From the NCBI RefSeq assembly GCF_964194025.1, contig NC_134470.1:65906001-65970000 (forward strand): a stretch of 64,000 nt of DNA. Direction: 5' to 3'. The DNA comes from Convolutriloba macropyga (lineage: Eukaryota). The stretch's first letter is position 1; the number at the start of each line of letters is the position of its first letter. Both the position numbers and the translations under genes were made by a program. This document shows, piece by piece, positions 24,701 through 36,330 of this stretch. The notes beneath the pieces were generated by a model that was not told the origin of the DNA, did not search any database, and was given only the letters and a program-made list of their open reading frames with translations.

Positions 24701-27700
24701 GGCAGTAAAAACTAAGACAACCGCAATATAGCTATGCTCAGCTTACAGCTTAGCTCAAAAACCAACAGAATACAGTAGCTTAGGATGAACGACAACAGCA
24801 GCTTACTTCTCGTGATCAGAATCGAATCTCTGCTGGATTCCGGCTATCTTGACCATGAGTATCTCGCCAGCTGAGGAGTCGTGACGACTGACGTTGTTGA
24901 GAGTGAAGTCAAACAGTCGCTTGCTTCTGGCAGATGAGAGGCCGGTCTGCCCCAACGCATGAATCACGAAATTCAAGCTGGTCACTATTGACTTGTCTAT
25001 GCTCTCGTTGATCTTCTGGGTGAACATCTAATCAACAAAAACAACAATGACTTCACTATGCTTCTGTCGTGGTAGAATAAAGCCAAACCTAAATGACAAC
25101 GCGCTAGCATTCAACTGCTTAAATCATTTGGTGAACTGATTATCTTTCTTCAGGGAATCATTTTTTTATTTTGAGATTTCTATCTGAGCTATGTTTCTAT
25201 TATAACACACTATGAATGAATTAGATTTAATTCATTAGAACCTGAGTAGCTTCGTCCTCGCTCAAGTGGGGTTGCAACCTCTGGACCAGAAACTGGATTT
25301 CCCTTGACATCTCCGGCCGCTCACCCCCAATCATATGCCTTACAACTCCAATCACGAAGTCAGCATTGCGTCTGACCACATTGTAAGCTTGACAGCATGT
25401 CTTTACAAACTCGTAGTACCAATCTGATACGTCTGAATTTGAACGGTTGATTGCGTAGAACATATCTTTTGTCAGAATAAACGGAGTTCGATCCCGATTC
25501 ACTGGCCCAAATTTCTGCGTATGGCCAAAAATGCGTCCGTAGTCTATATGGAAAAGATGACCGCTGTTGAGAATCATCACATTATCATTGTGCCGGTCAC
25601 AAACTCCTAATATATACGTGGCCACACAATAGGCAGCAGTTGATAGCGAAAAATTATCCAAGGCAGTTTCGAAGTCGGTAGCATCCGGATTCTTCTGTCG
25701 TAGCCACTGGTAGATACAATTCCAGCTCAAAGCACCAGTGAAACCCCCTGATATTGTTTGCAATTGGCAGAGAGTGACTGCATTGGGAACCACTTCAATA
25801 AAACCGGTTGTAGGCGTGCATGGAAAAACTCCATACGATACAAATCTCAGATCAAGTCCATCAGAAAGCCACCAAGAGTTCATAAACGTCATCAATAAAG
25901 ACATTAATTGGTCTTGACGAAGATCGTCACCAAATTTGTAAATCACTTCGAGCTCAAAATCACTTTTGGTTGTGAAAAATAAATGCATTGGCTTGGCGTT
26001 TGACTTCGCATGAAGGAAACATTTTGTGACATTGAAAGATAAACACGTTCGACCAGGTGGGAAAAATGATGCAATTGACCGATGGCCGTTTTGAAACAAA
26101 GTCTCATTCAATTCTGCAAGAAACGACTGCAGCACACCTGTGTCTTTCTCGTAACTTGTGTCTGTGTAAAATTTTTGTAGCTCCGATTCCAGTTGATCTT
26201 GTGCTTGGAACCATTCAACCACGCTAGCCGGGCAAACTTCAGCGATGGCTGCTTTATAAACATCAAACATCTGTTTGTAATGGGGCGTTGAAGTGCATAA
26301 AGTAAAACTTCTAAACAGCGAAATTCCGAAGAGCAAAGAATGTGCACATTTCTCGAGTAAAAACTCCACCAAAGCATTTGCAATATAGATCTCATACTTG
26401 AGGCATTCACAGAGCACAGGTATAAGGACAATCAGCTCGTCAACGGTGAAGTCAAGATTCTCGACTGCGAATTGACGCAACGCGGCGTCTGAGAATCGAT
26501 AAAGCAAAATGACAAAGGCATAGAACTTATTGATTTGTCCACAGCAAAGAGCGACCAGCTCCGGAATCTGACAAGTATGGGCGAAACTCCACGTATTGAC
26601 ATTGGTTAAAAGAACATCAGGTAGACAGTTGGATCCATAGGACTCATCCGTCAGAAGACTTCGTCTATATTGCCAAATAAGATCACAGTCATCACGAATC
26701 ATGCCACCTCGTTCATCTGTTGGAATTGGGATTTCCGGGTTCCTCAGAAGAATGTTTTGATGCTTGTGCTGGAAAATCCGGTCCATTCGTTTAAGCCTAT
26801 TGTTCCTAAGAGGACTGTCTGGAACTTTTCTGGCGTCTGAGTTGGCGTAGTCACCAATTTGGGCTTCACTTTGAACACTTGAGAACACGATGGGGTTCTT
26901 ATCAGGGTGAGGATTTGCCATTTGAAGATGAAGAATCGGACATGTGTTCATGCTAGTGGCAGAGTTTAAAGTAGGAGAGCTTAAGTGGGTGAAGTCGGGG
27001 TGTGGCAGGTTGGGTTTCACCCAAAAGGGCAGGAAAGAATGACTGTCATTGAAGACACCATTGCAGTCAAAAACGGAACATGCGACTGATGCCAGCTTAA
27101 CTTCTGCCAAATTACTCTCAGATATGTAAAACAAAGATACGCTCAGCACAACTTCACGTGGTAAGTCACAAATTCTTACTACGCCAGAATCAACCGGGTC
27201 TGTGAAGGTCACAGTTTGATTAATTTTAACAGAAGACTTCGATCTGACATTGTGCCAGAAATCACGAAAAGTTGATTTGTAGATTACTCTGCTGTTGTAA
27301 TACATACACAAATCTATGCTGATTTTAGAGAGCGATTCTTGAATAGAAAGGGAACCAATATTGCTGATACTGAATATTCTCACTTCGAAGTTATCACTTG
27401 TGGCAGTTGTCATAATGGGCATCTTTGTCAATTCTTTGCAGTGTTTAAGGTACTGGAATGATGCGATTAGATATTTGCTGAGATCTAAGGCTTCAACCAT
27501 TACGGCTTCTCTGTACAGTGAAAGATCCGAAGCCGTTGAGTTTTCTAACCTCTCAAATGCGTCTGATAAAGGTGCGTAGTCTATATTAAGAAAACTACTC
27601 AGTAACTTTGCACTTTGAATAAACTTCATTACCCTCCTATCGGTAAGGCTCAATTGTTTGCCTTTTTCGCTGTCACTCGATATTGCTACATTCCATTCCA

Positions 27701-28958
27701 CGCTAAGTTGCACTAAATGTTCTAAGTGTTGAGCTAATGACCACGTAACCGCTTCAGAATGATTCAGCATAGACTTCTTCGACCTCTGCTTTCGTTTCTC
27801 GATTTTCCCATTTTCGATATCCTCATCTACATTTTTTACACAGATGTCAAGAGGCCGTTTTAAAGCCACCAGCTTGCGTACATTCAAGTGGCTTCCGATG
27901 ACTGAATTTGATTCTAAAAAGATCTGGCAGCCGCTGAGTCGGACCAAGTAGTTACCTGGAACTACGTGGTAACTAGCCATCCAGTAGTCAAGCAAACCCT
28001 GGGCAGTTTGAGACAATTTGCAGTTTTTGTACTCCAAGTACGGCTCCTTGGAGCTTCTTTCGTCGTCATTGATAAAATATCTCACTTTGATTCTAATATT
28101 CGCTAGATTATCAGGCTGTTTTTCAGATGTAGTTGTACTTGGTGATAGATCAAAACCCACAGCCATGCAGTTTGACTGCGAAAATTCAAAGCTGTCCGAT
28201 CGAAACTGGACTTTGTCAATGCAGCTCTTTAACTTCTCAACCGGCTGCAAACAAACAACACCAAAATTAGACTTTGTTGTTCCACTTGAAGTTATTTCTG
28301 ACCTGGAAGTTCTCCTAGCTGCTTTAGGCGGTGCCGAACGCTTTGCAGGCACAGGCGGCTGGTCATTGATGTTATTTTCGACTTTTCTGTAACTTGAATC
28401 GGTCACTTCAGAGAAAGCCCTAGTTATGACACCAGGTTCCGGTCTTGGAGGTAAGGGCGGTCCGGATATACTGTTTGCCGGCGAACGTGGGGGTCGCGGA
28501 GGAATCTTCGGAGGTACTAGAGTAGACTCATCTTGTTTAGTTGCAATTTGATTAAAACCTTTGAAAAGCTCCTCTAAAGAGTCTGCCTTCTCGGGGACCA
28601 AGGGATCAAACTCCTCGAGATACGATGAAGTATCTGGTGATGATGTTGCAATGTCGGGAACCGAAGTCGTAGACTGAAGAGGGGAACCGCAACTCTCATT
28701 GTTCAAATCAGTCGAGCTAATTGAGACGTTTTGGCTGCTTCTTTTGTACCTAACAACTGGACTACAACTTCCAGATTTGGGAATCTTGAGAAACCCAGCT
28801 GCTCCAACTGTTAAACGCCCATTCGTGGAAGCAGAAAGCTTGGGAGTTGAAAAGAACTGGGATGCATTGTCATTTATGAGGACGTTTAGGTCTTTTGCAT
28901 CGCCACTCTTACTCCAAAGGTCGGGGTTAGATTTGTCAGGAGATTCTCGATGCGCCAT
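21726..28958 (-). CDS. PIK3C2: Class II phosphoinositide 3-kinase (Pro-rich N-terminus, RBD/C2/helical, kinase, PX, C2), ~1585 aa; exons 28958-25242, 25027-24807, 22545-21726
   Basis: Kinase motifs YKFGDDLRQD, LGVCDRHNDN, HIDYG, RDRTPF; class II signature SLNFVIHALGQ; PX (VFRRWSHFKQL) and terminal C2 (YVKLKLLP...KQKT...PIFNQ). GT-AG junctions keep frame (EATQ|MFTQ; DHEK|YHVY); total 4758 nt. Confidence 0.95.
23638..23985. repeat. Dispersed repeat in the PI3K intron, shared with the TopBP1 intron
   Basis: accgactaa(c/t)gtc...gcgaa start and ttaatgccc...tttgaggacg...gaccaacaggactaatataatt end both match 32441-33052. Confidence 0.75.
24124..24216. repeat. Short foldback/MITE-like inverted repeat
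   Basis: Exact 11-bp TIR taggagccaac / gttggctccta, extending imperfectly inward (ccct.cct..aatt / aatt.agg.aggg). Confidence 0.65.
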
Positions 28959-29395
28959 GAAAATAGCTTACAGATGATTTGACCAAACTCAATACAGTTC
29001 GGTCGTAACTGAGTATATAGCACAAACTGTTACACATCTAATCTAAAAGCATTCGTTGTTCAACATGAGATCTTGAACAATAACGAAAGGTTTGACTATA
29101 ACTCGCATTTTGTTGAACCTACTTCACATCTACATTATGCACAAGGAAACTGTTTCAAGGTCATAATACTAAAAGGTTGGAACTCTTCAAATGAATCTAA
29201 ATCCAGTCAAATTTTCTCAATCAAAATGTGATCAAGTTTATATCACTTCATTTAATCTCTTAGTTTGATACGCACTACATATGTCGAGTTAGAAAAAACA
29301 AAGCGTGTAATCTGAACTGAAATCTAATTAGATTGTGATGACATTGCAAAACAAAGTTCAAAACAAACAAAATACAAATAGACCGTACTAATTCA

Positions 29396-32300
29396 TTAGA
29401 ACACCTTTATGCGTTTCGGGGTGGGTTCTGTCGTCTCTGGGGGATCTGTAACCAGGTAGGATTGCTTATCCACATTTTCCAATATAAGGTAATCAGCTAT
29501 GTACTCGCTTTTGAAGCATTCCACGCCATTGGCTGTTAGCTGTATGCAACTCACCAAACTCATGTCAACTTTGCTGGGCTCCAAAAATGCATGTGTAGCG
29601 CCTACAGTGTTAGTAAATGGTGGCTGCTCGTGCAAAATCTCAGCTCCACCCGCAATTAAAATGGAAGCTAAGCCTTTGGTTTTTGCTTTGCTGGTGTGAA
29701 AGAGAACTTTCCAAGATGTATACGCCCCGCCAGAATAAATTCCCTGCTGCCCTACGAGAATACGCCACCTTTTGGCAGCTTTGGCCACGTTGTGTAATTT
29801 TGGCTGAAGCGCCGCGAACCCGACTTTGTCGGAACCCCATTCGTAATCTTCCTCGTTTAAAAAGCGTCCCGCTTTGGTGGAATCCTCAAGGTAGTTGCAG
29901 CTGAGAACCCACAACCCCTTAGCAACAGAAGCTATATACTTCTCACTCTTGAGAGGAACTTTGCATACAAGGTGTGATGCAGAGACGTCAAAAGAGGAAG
30001 AGTCGGGAATGAACGAGGCGCCAAGATTGTCAATCATATTCTCCAAATACGGTCTCTGTTCACGCGGGATATTAGTTATCTGGAATATCCTCGTTTTCTT
30101 CACAGATTTTGGAGTCAAATGAGCAATGCCTTTATTAGTCACGGACTCTTCAATATTTTCGGCTGATGCGATAGAGTTGTTGTTATTACCATATGAATTT
30201 GATTCTGCGTCCCATCCGATTTGAACACTCTGAGAACACTCAACATAATGATCAACTGACTTCTGAAACTTCGAGAGTAAGTTGGTCGGCAGTTTCGAGA
30301 AACTGTCGTTAGTGTCATCATTCGCTATCGCTTTCGAATGTTCATTGAGAATTTTTGGTCGTTCTCGAGACGTGCTTGCAGAGGTCGGGGCTGAAGCAAT
30401 TTTGCTCAACGCACCTGGCGTTCCCTCTTTCAGCTTCGCTAACGATCCTCTCAAATCGAAATTAAGCTTTGAAGGTGTTGAGATGACATTCTGTGAATCA
30501 TCTAATTTATTAATATTATTCTCCAAAACTGAAAAGGACGCGTTTTCTTCCGAAGGAATAGGCGTTGGTTCCAACGTCTTCAAATTTTTACTTCTATTTC
30601 GAGTGGTGATCTTCGTCGTTGCTTGACGCGTCTTTTGTTGGGCAACAGTTGGTATTAATTTTGGTCGGTAGCTTTCCTCCGGAACTTTGCGTTCTTCCTT
30701 TCTACAATCTTCGACCCACATAGAAGATACTAACATGATATTCATCTCGTCGCACAGTTTAGATTCTTGTCCTTTATCTTCAATTTTTGAATCGTCGACA
30801 ATAAAATGCGTGCAATTTGCTGTCAAATTTTCAGCAACAGAAGCTCCCATGCTTTGCATAGCTTCAGTCAATTTTATTCTATCTTCTCCGGAAATTGTTA
30901 CGTGTAAGTGCGCAACTACATTATCCAAAACTAATAATCTGTCTTCGGATAACTTTGCCTCAGTAATATCATTGAAGTTAAGGTAACTTTTACTAATCTC
31001 ATCCAAAGCATCCAGACCTCTTTCACCAAAACAGGATGTCTGTCGTTTCACAATCTTCACTGCTTCACAATCCGAGTTCAATGTCTGTGACGAGCTCAAT
31101 GGTTTTACCGCAGCATTTGACCTCCGTTTGGCCTCCGCTCTCACCAACATTGGCGATTCATTTGGCTGTTGCAAATCTGACGGCCTTTTAAGCTCAAATT
31201 CGTCTATTGGCAACAGCTTCTGTGCTTGGCAACAATTGACAACCCAAACTGGTTTGACAAAGCAAACATCATCTGAAGTTGTCCGCGCCAGAAACTCGGT
31301 TGGAGGAAGTTGTTCACATATCACATGAGTGACACCCTGCTGGTAAGACTAAAACAAGGCCGGTTCCAAGCAAAACATGCCAAATTGCAGGCTGATGCAA
31401 TTACAGCTGACCCTTACTAAAAAACAAGCTAACTTTATGAAACGTTCTGATTATTACATTTCATACATTCTCACTTTTCCTATAAAGTTGACTATTAAAA
31501 TTCAGTCCTCTTAAGCTGCCCGTTTTCAAAAAGTTTAAGTGCCAAAAAAACCAAAATATTGGGATTGATTCAAAAACTATGCAACCTTGTAGCAATCTTA
31601 AATTGCCCTTTTCAGTGAGTTATTTGTTATTGCTTACATTTTCATTTTTGTTCGCAAGTTTTGCTCAGGCGATATTTTGTATTTAAAATTGGAATTAATG
31701 ACACAATGCAATGGCTTAAAAACAGTATCAGTGAAAATATCATGAGGTAAATTAGTTTCATGTTAGAGGAAGATATCATAGAACTGCCTTTAATTAAAAT
31801 TTGTTTCAAATTTCATATAACTTACCAATGTATTCAACGAAGAATAGAGCATGCTGACATTAAAGTGTGCTTTTCACTCGATAGTGCAAATTATATGTCA
31901 GGGAACAATACGCACCAAAAGCGCCATGTAAAAAAGCCACAAAAGTGATGGATTAATAAAAAACGGATTCAATTGGACAAATTTCTTAAGATACCCGATG
32001 AAAACGAGTTCTATCAATTTTTGTGCCACCATCTGGGGCAACTTATCTGTGGAGATTTTGAACCCTATTGATTAAAGTAACGGGAAAATGACGGAGTTAC
32101 TATAGCACAAAAATTACAGCTGAATAAACTGAAAATTCCTGAAATTATTATTATTATTATTAAAATTCCTCAATTCTCCACGACATCTGAAAACTGATAT
32201 ATCTGAACAAACTACCCTCGGAAGAATTGCCCACCAACGACAGCCGAGGAGCTGGCTGTAGTTAAATTTAAGCTGGGGAGGCTCGCCTCAATGCACACGG

Positions 32301-34538
32301 ATAAAAGCTGGGGGCAGGAAAAAGTGTGTGCTTTTGGGTGGGGGTGGATGGAGGCAAACCTCCCAAAAACAACAAAAAAAACCTCCCAACCCTTCATACA
32401 ATTATTTTTTGGCTCCTAAAAACTTTCCATTAAAAAAACAACCGACTAATGTCGTGCGAAAAGCTCTCAAATGACTGGCGAACAGTTAATTTCGTCATTA
32501 GCTAACTGCAGTTCAGGGCGGATAGCTGGAACGATGTAAAGGGGTTTGATCACGACGTTGCCTATCCTTCCTTCTTTGTCGTATCATGTCTCTTTTCTTC
32601 CAATTATTTCAAGTTACAAGTTTCAATTATTTAGTTTTCTTGTTTGGTTTCCATAAATGACATCAAAGGTTACAACTCATTTCCGTTTTACATGACTTTA
32701 CTTTCATCTTTTTGTTAGCAATCATTACAAACATGGCGCTTTACACAAACCAATCAGCAAATAAGGCCATTTACATTGATTCAATGAAGAAGTTAATACT
32801 GGGCATTAACAGGGCTGGGGATTGGGGGTGAAGGGGGGGACGCTAGAAACCGCCCTTCACAAAGTAAATTCATGTCTCTAAAACAGTTTTGGTGAATCGC
32901 ATACTTAAAGTCGAGCAAGCATAAAGGCTCTAAGAGAACTTAATGCCCTCTGGGCGTTACCTGCTCATCTCGCTTTTGAGGACGCCATGTCAAAAGGATC
33001 AGACGAAGAACGAAAAATTGCATTAGACCAACAGGACTAATATAATTTCTACTTCACAATTAATATAATTTCTACTTCAGCAATTAACAAAAGCAACTGA
33101 AATACGTCATTTTTGACACCTAGCGTTTGCGGGCCCCCAACGGACCCCTATCTGTGGCCAGGTCTCTCATCCGCTGTCGGATGTAATCCGGAAACCGTGG
33201 GCCAGTTACGCGCGCAAAGCGGCCCGCCACGGACAACTTAAAATACAACTATCTCTTTCGGCGCACCTGAGCCATTTGTCTATATTTGGCTTGATTGTCC
33301 GTCACCGAATCAATATAACTTGAATCAACGTAACCAATACTAAAATTAAATTGATTTTTAGCATTTGGCACTCGTATTTATTGTCAGAGATCTTCTATTT
33401 CAGAAACAACGAAGACACAACATACCATGTAAACTGTAGCTCCACATCGCTTCAACAGCTCTTCTATCGTTTGTGTCTCGGCTTTGGCAAGTCCCAATAT
33501 ATGAGCTTTACAAAACTTCAAAATGTCAGAACACTCTAGTGAGCAAGGCAACTCATCCGTTTTCAACAACAATGATTTCCTTTGTTGGCTATCTGTACTG
33601 AGAGATGATTGATTGAGCCCAATAGAAATAGCTGAAACGCTTTGCACATCTGACCTTGAAGTATCAAATTTGTACAAATTTGGATCACAAAAATAACCCT
33701 TTTCTAAGCAGTCTGACAACCATCGCTGTGTAATCACCGGAATTTTCCATTTTATGGCGAAAGCCAGTTTCTGTTGACCAACCGCGGCCTCGGTTGCTAT
33801 CAAATGGGTAGTTTGTTTGTCTTTCAACTCTGGACTGTATTTTCCTCCGTTGTCCAAGACGGCCTTTTCCACTAATTTCCTGTCGGCTAGTGGCAAACCA
33901 CTCACACAAATTGAACATCCAGCTAAAATCGGCACTTTGAACTCTGACATAAATTGGTCGCCAGTGGCGAATATCTGTCGTTTCCTCATGTCATAAGCCG
34001 TGTAAACCCAATCCGGGGTCAAAATTGGAATCAGCATTTGCGTAGCAACTATGTACTTTTTAGAGCCCACTGAATGGCAGATTAAATGGGTTGTTTGCAC
34101 GTTTAAATCACCTCCGTACTTTCCACCCATTAACTCGACCAATTTTCTGATCTTGTTTCGGGTTGAAAAATCAACATCTGTACAACATGCGACAACATTG
34201 TGCATACTTATGGAGGCTAACACTTTTCCAACAGTACTGTGCAACACGATATCGTGCTTCATGCTCATGATACAGGCCATTGGGCTAATCGCTCTACTTT
34301 TTAGAACTTCAACAATATGATCAAAAGCCACTCCCTCAAGTTCGTCCAAGATATAGCAGCTTCGCTTGCTATTTCTCTCACATGGTTGAAGTTCCATTAT
34401 TTGCGAAGGGAACATTTCAGTGCCATTAACGCCGTATTTGTGTCGGTATAGATTCATATACTCAATCATGGCACCACTTTTCTCAGAGTCATCGCTCACG
34501 ATAATAATTTGATTCCTTTGATAGCGAGATCTAGCCAT
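29396..34538 (-). CDS. TOPBP1: TopBP1-like BRCT scaffold, ~1021 aa; coding exons 34538-33426 and 31348-29396
   Basis: BRCT0/1/2 (LVELMGGKY...TTHLI...SVGSKKY; LAGCSICVSGL); BRCT3 joined across a phase-0 GT-AG intron (GATVYM|SYQQGVTHVI); BRCT6-like domain; ATR-activation motif SQSVQIGWD; BRCT7/8 (SEKYIASVAKGLWVL...EEDYEWG...AAKRWR). Confidence 0.93.
32441..33052. repeat. Dispersed repeat in the TopBP1 intron (same family as 23638-23985)
   Basis: Shared 5' and 3' blocks with a different interior. Confidence 0.75.
33120..33290 (-). mobile_element. Candidate non-autonomous Helitron 3' end or GC-rich structured element
   Basis: On the minus strand a GC hairpin (gggtcc-gttgg-gggccc) lies 7 nt before a terminal CTAG; further hairpins internally. 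Confidence 0.4.
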
Positions 34539-35804
34539 AACCTGAAAAACGCTAAAAATTTTTAAATTCTAAGAATTATTCATACGCTATTAACATTTAT
34601 AGCTGTTAGTTTGACATCTTTTACGAATTTGCTTCACGTTTTTCTGCTTGCATAAGTAGCAAAAATTCAAGATGTTTTTGAAAACCAAATAGAACAAATT
34701 TTGGATAACAATTAGCAAAGCACTTGTTTTCAAACCGGGAGAGGACAAATTTTTTTACTGTAAATTCTTCAGTTAGAGGCGGCATGAAATTTCTGCAATA
34801 ACGTACACTAGAGATCACCTAATTAATTTAAGCACTTCCGACATTTGGAATTTTTAAAAAATGCTCCCAAGTAGCACCCATAAATAGACCATTGCTTCAG
34901 TGAAGAGGGAACTTAGTGGGAGCAAATTTAGTTTATATAAGTAGGAGCGAATTTATAACGAAAAAAGATCAGATTTGATAAGGAGGCTCGAAATGTGCGG
35001 TCGGATAGCGTTCCGAACCTCTCATCCATAAACTTCAAAATCAAAATGTCTTATTCAGCGGAATTTTAAAAAAACGAAATAAAAAAATGTCTTGAAAGAT
35101 ATCTCTTTACATTGTTCGGCAAAAAGAATCCAAGTTTGTCGGAACAATAGGTTTTTAATTTTTCAAAATTAATTCAATCACCTAAATAACGATTCATTGA
35201 TTATATCAAAGAATGTTCTTCTCAAGAGCTCCATCTACGATCTCCGTTTAGTTTAAAAAAAAATAGGACATTTTTAGCATGGATGCCATAAAAAAACTGC
35301 AGCTTCAATTAGAGAACAAACCCTTGACAATAATTGCCTCAGTTATCTTTGATGTCTCCTAATATTTGCAGCACTAAAGTTAAATTGAGGCCCTAAATCT
35401 AATTCATAAAGATTAGAAAGACCAAATTAAATTTCAGACGATAAAACTTTTTGGTATGCACAGTTGTTCTCCTCATGCCTGCAAATCTACATCATAAAAA
35501 TTATTACAGGAAATAATTTAACCAAAACTATGCATTAATTAAAAAATTGTACTTAATATTAAAAAATGTAATTAATACCAAAATGTTTGTAAAAATGAAG
35601 AGGTGGGTGACTGCATTTTGAGCCTTCTGTAGCCGCCCGCTCAATGTCAAGTAGAGCTTTCTAAATGCTCAGAAGATTTTCCGTGGTTTGGATGACGATG
35701 GCACACTAGAATGTAACTAATCGGAAAAAAAAACATCTAGAAACTTTGTCCAATTGTCCGGAAATAATGTTGCTAAATGCGCAGCATACCTATTATGGAA
35801 GCAG

Positions 35805-36330
35805 AACAAGGAGGCTCGGTAATATGCGTTCGGACGTAATGTTCCGACCTACTCAAGCACGCTTTTGACTTAATTACCAATCAGCTCAAACTAATTAACC
35901 ACTTAACAAATTGAATGATGCCTTACTAGAGATGTGGAGGGCCGATGCTGTTAAGGAGACTAGGACAGGAAAAAACAACAAAATCAAATAAAACGACAAG
36001 CATTACTTACGACTTAAACTCAATATCATGAATAAGTCAAAATAGCATCAATAGATAATCGAACCAATTGACCTGCATGTCACAATGATAGATAGGGACC
36101 TGTCTTTTTCAGAATAATTAACAAGTAGATAAAAACAAAAAGAGGCGAAGTAAAAAAACATTTTCATATTTTGAAAATGATTTAATTCAGTCATAAAAAC
36201 ATTAGCTATCAAGTGAAATCATTAAATGGTTTCCTTAAAACATTCTCACGAGGCCACTGTGACCTGCCAAAATCCATGATGTCATATGACTACAAAAAGA
36301 ACGAACACAGGCATAAATCAAAAAGTCAGT
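35805..36330. mobile_element. Second copy of the AACAAGGAGGCTCGG repeat
   Basis: Collinear with 18855-19810; near-terminal palindrome tcgga-cgtaatgt-tccga. Confidence 0.55.

Noticed and set aside
26108-31328. Antisense and alternate-frame ORFs overlapping PI3K-C2 and TopBP1
   Set aside because: Shadow ORFs of long coding exons with no independent motifs.
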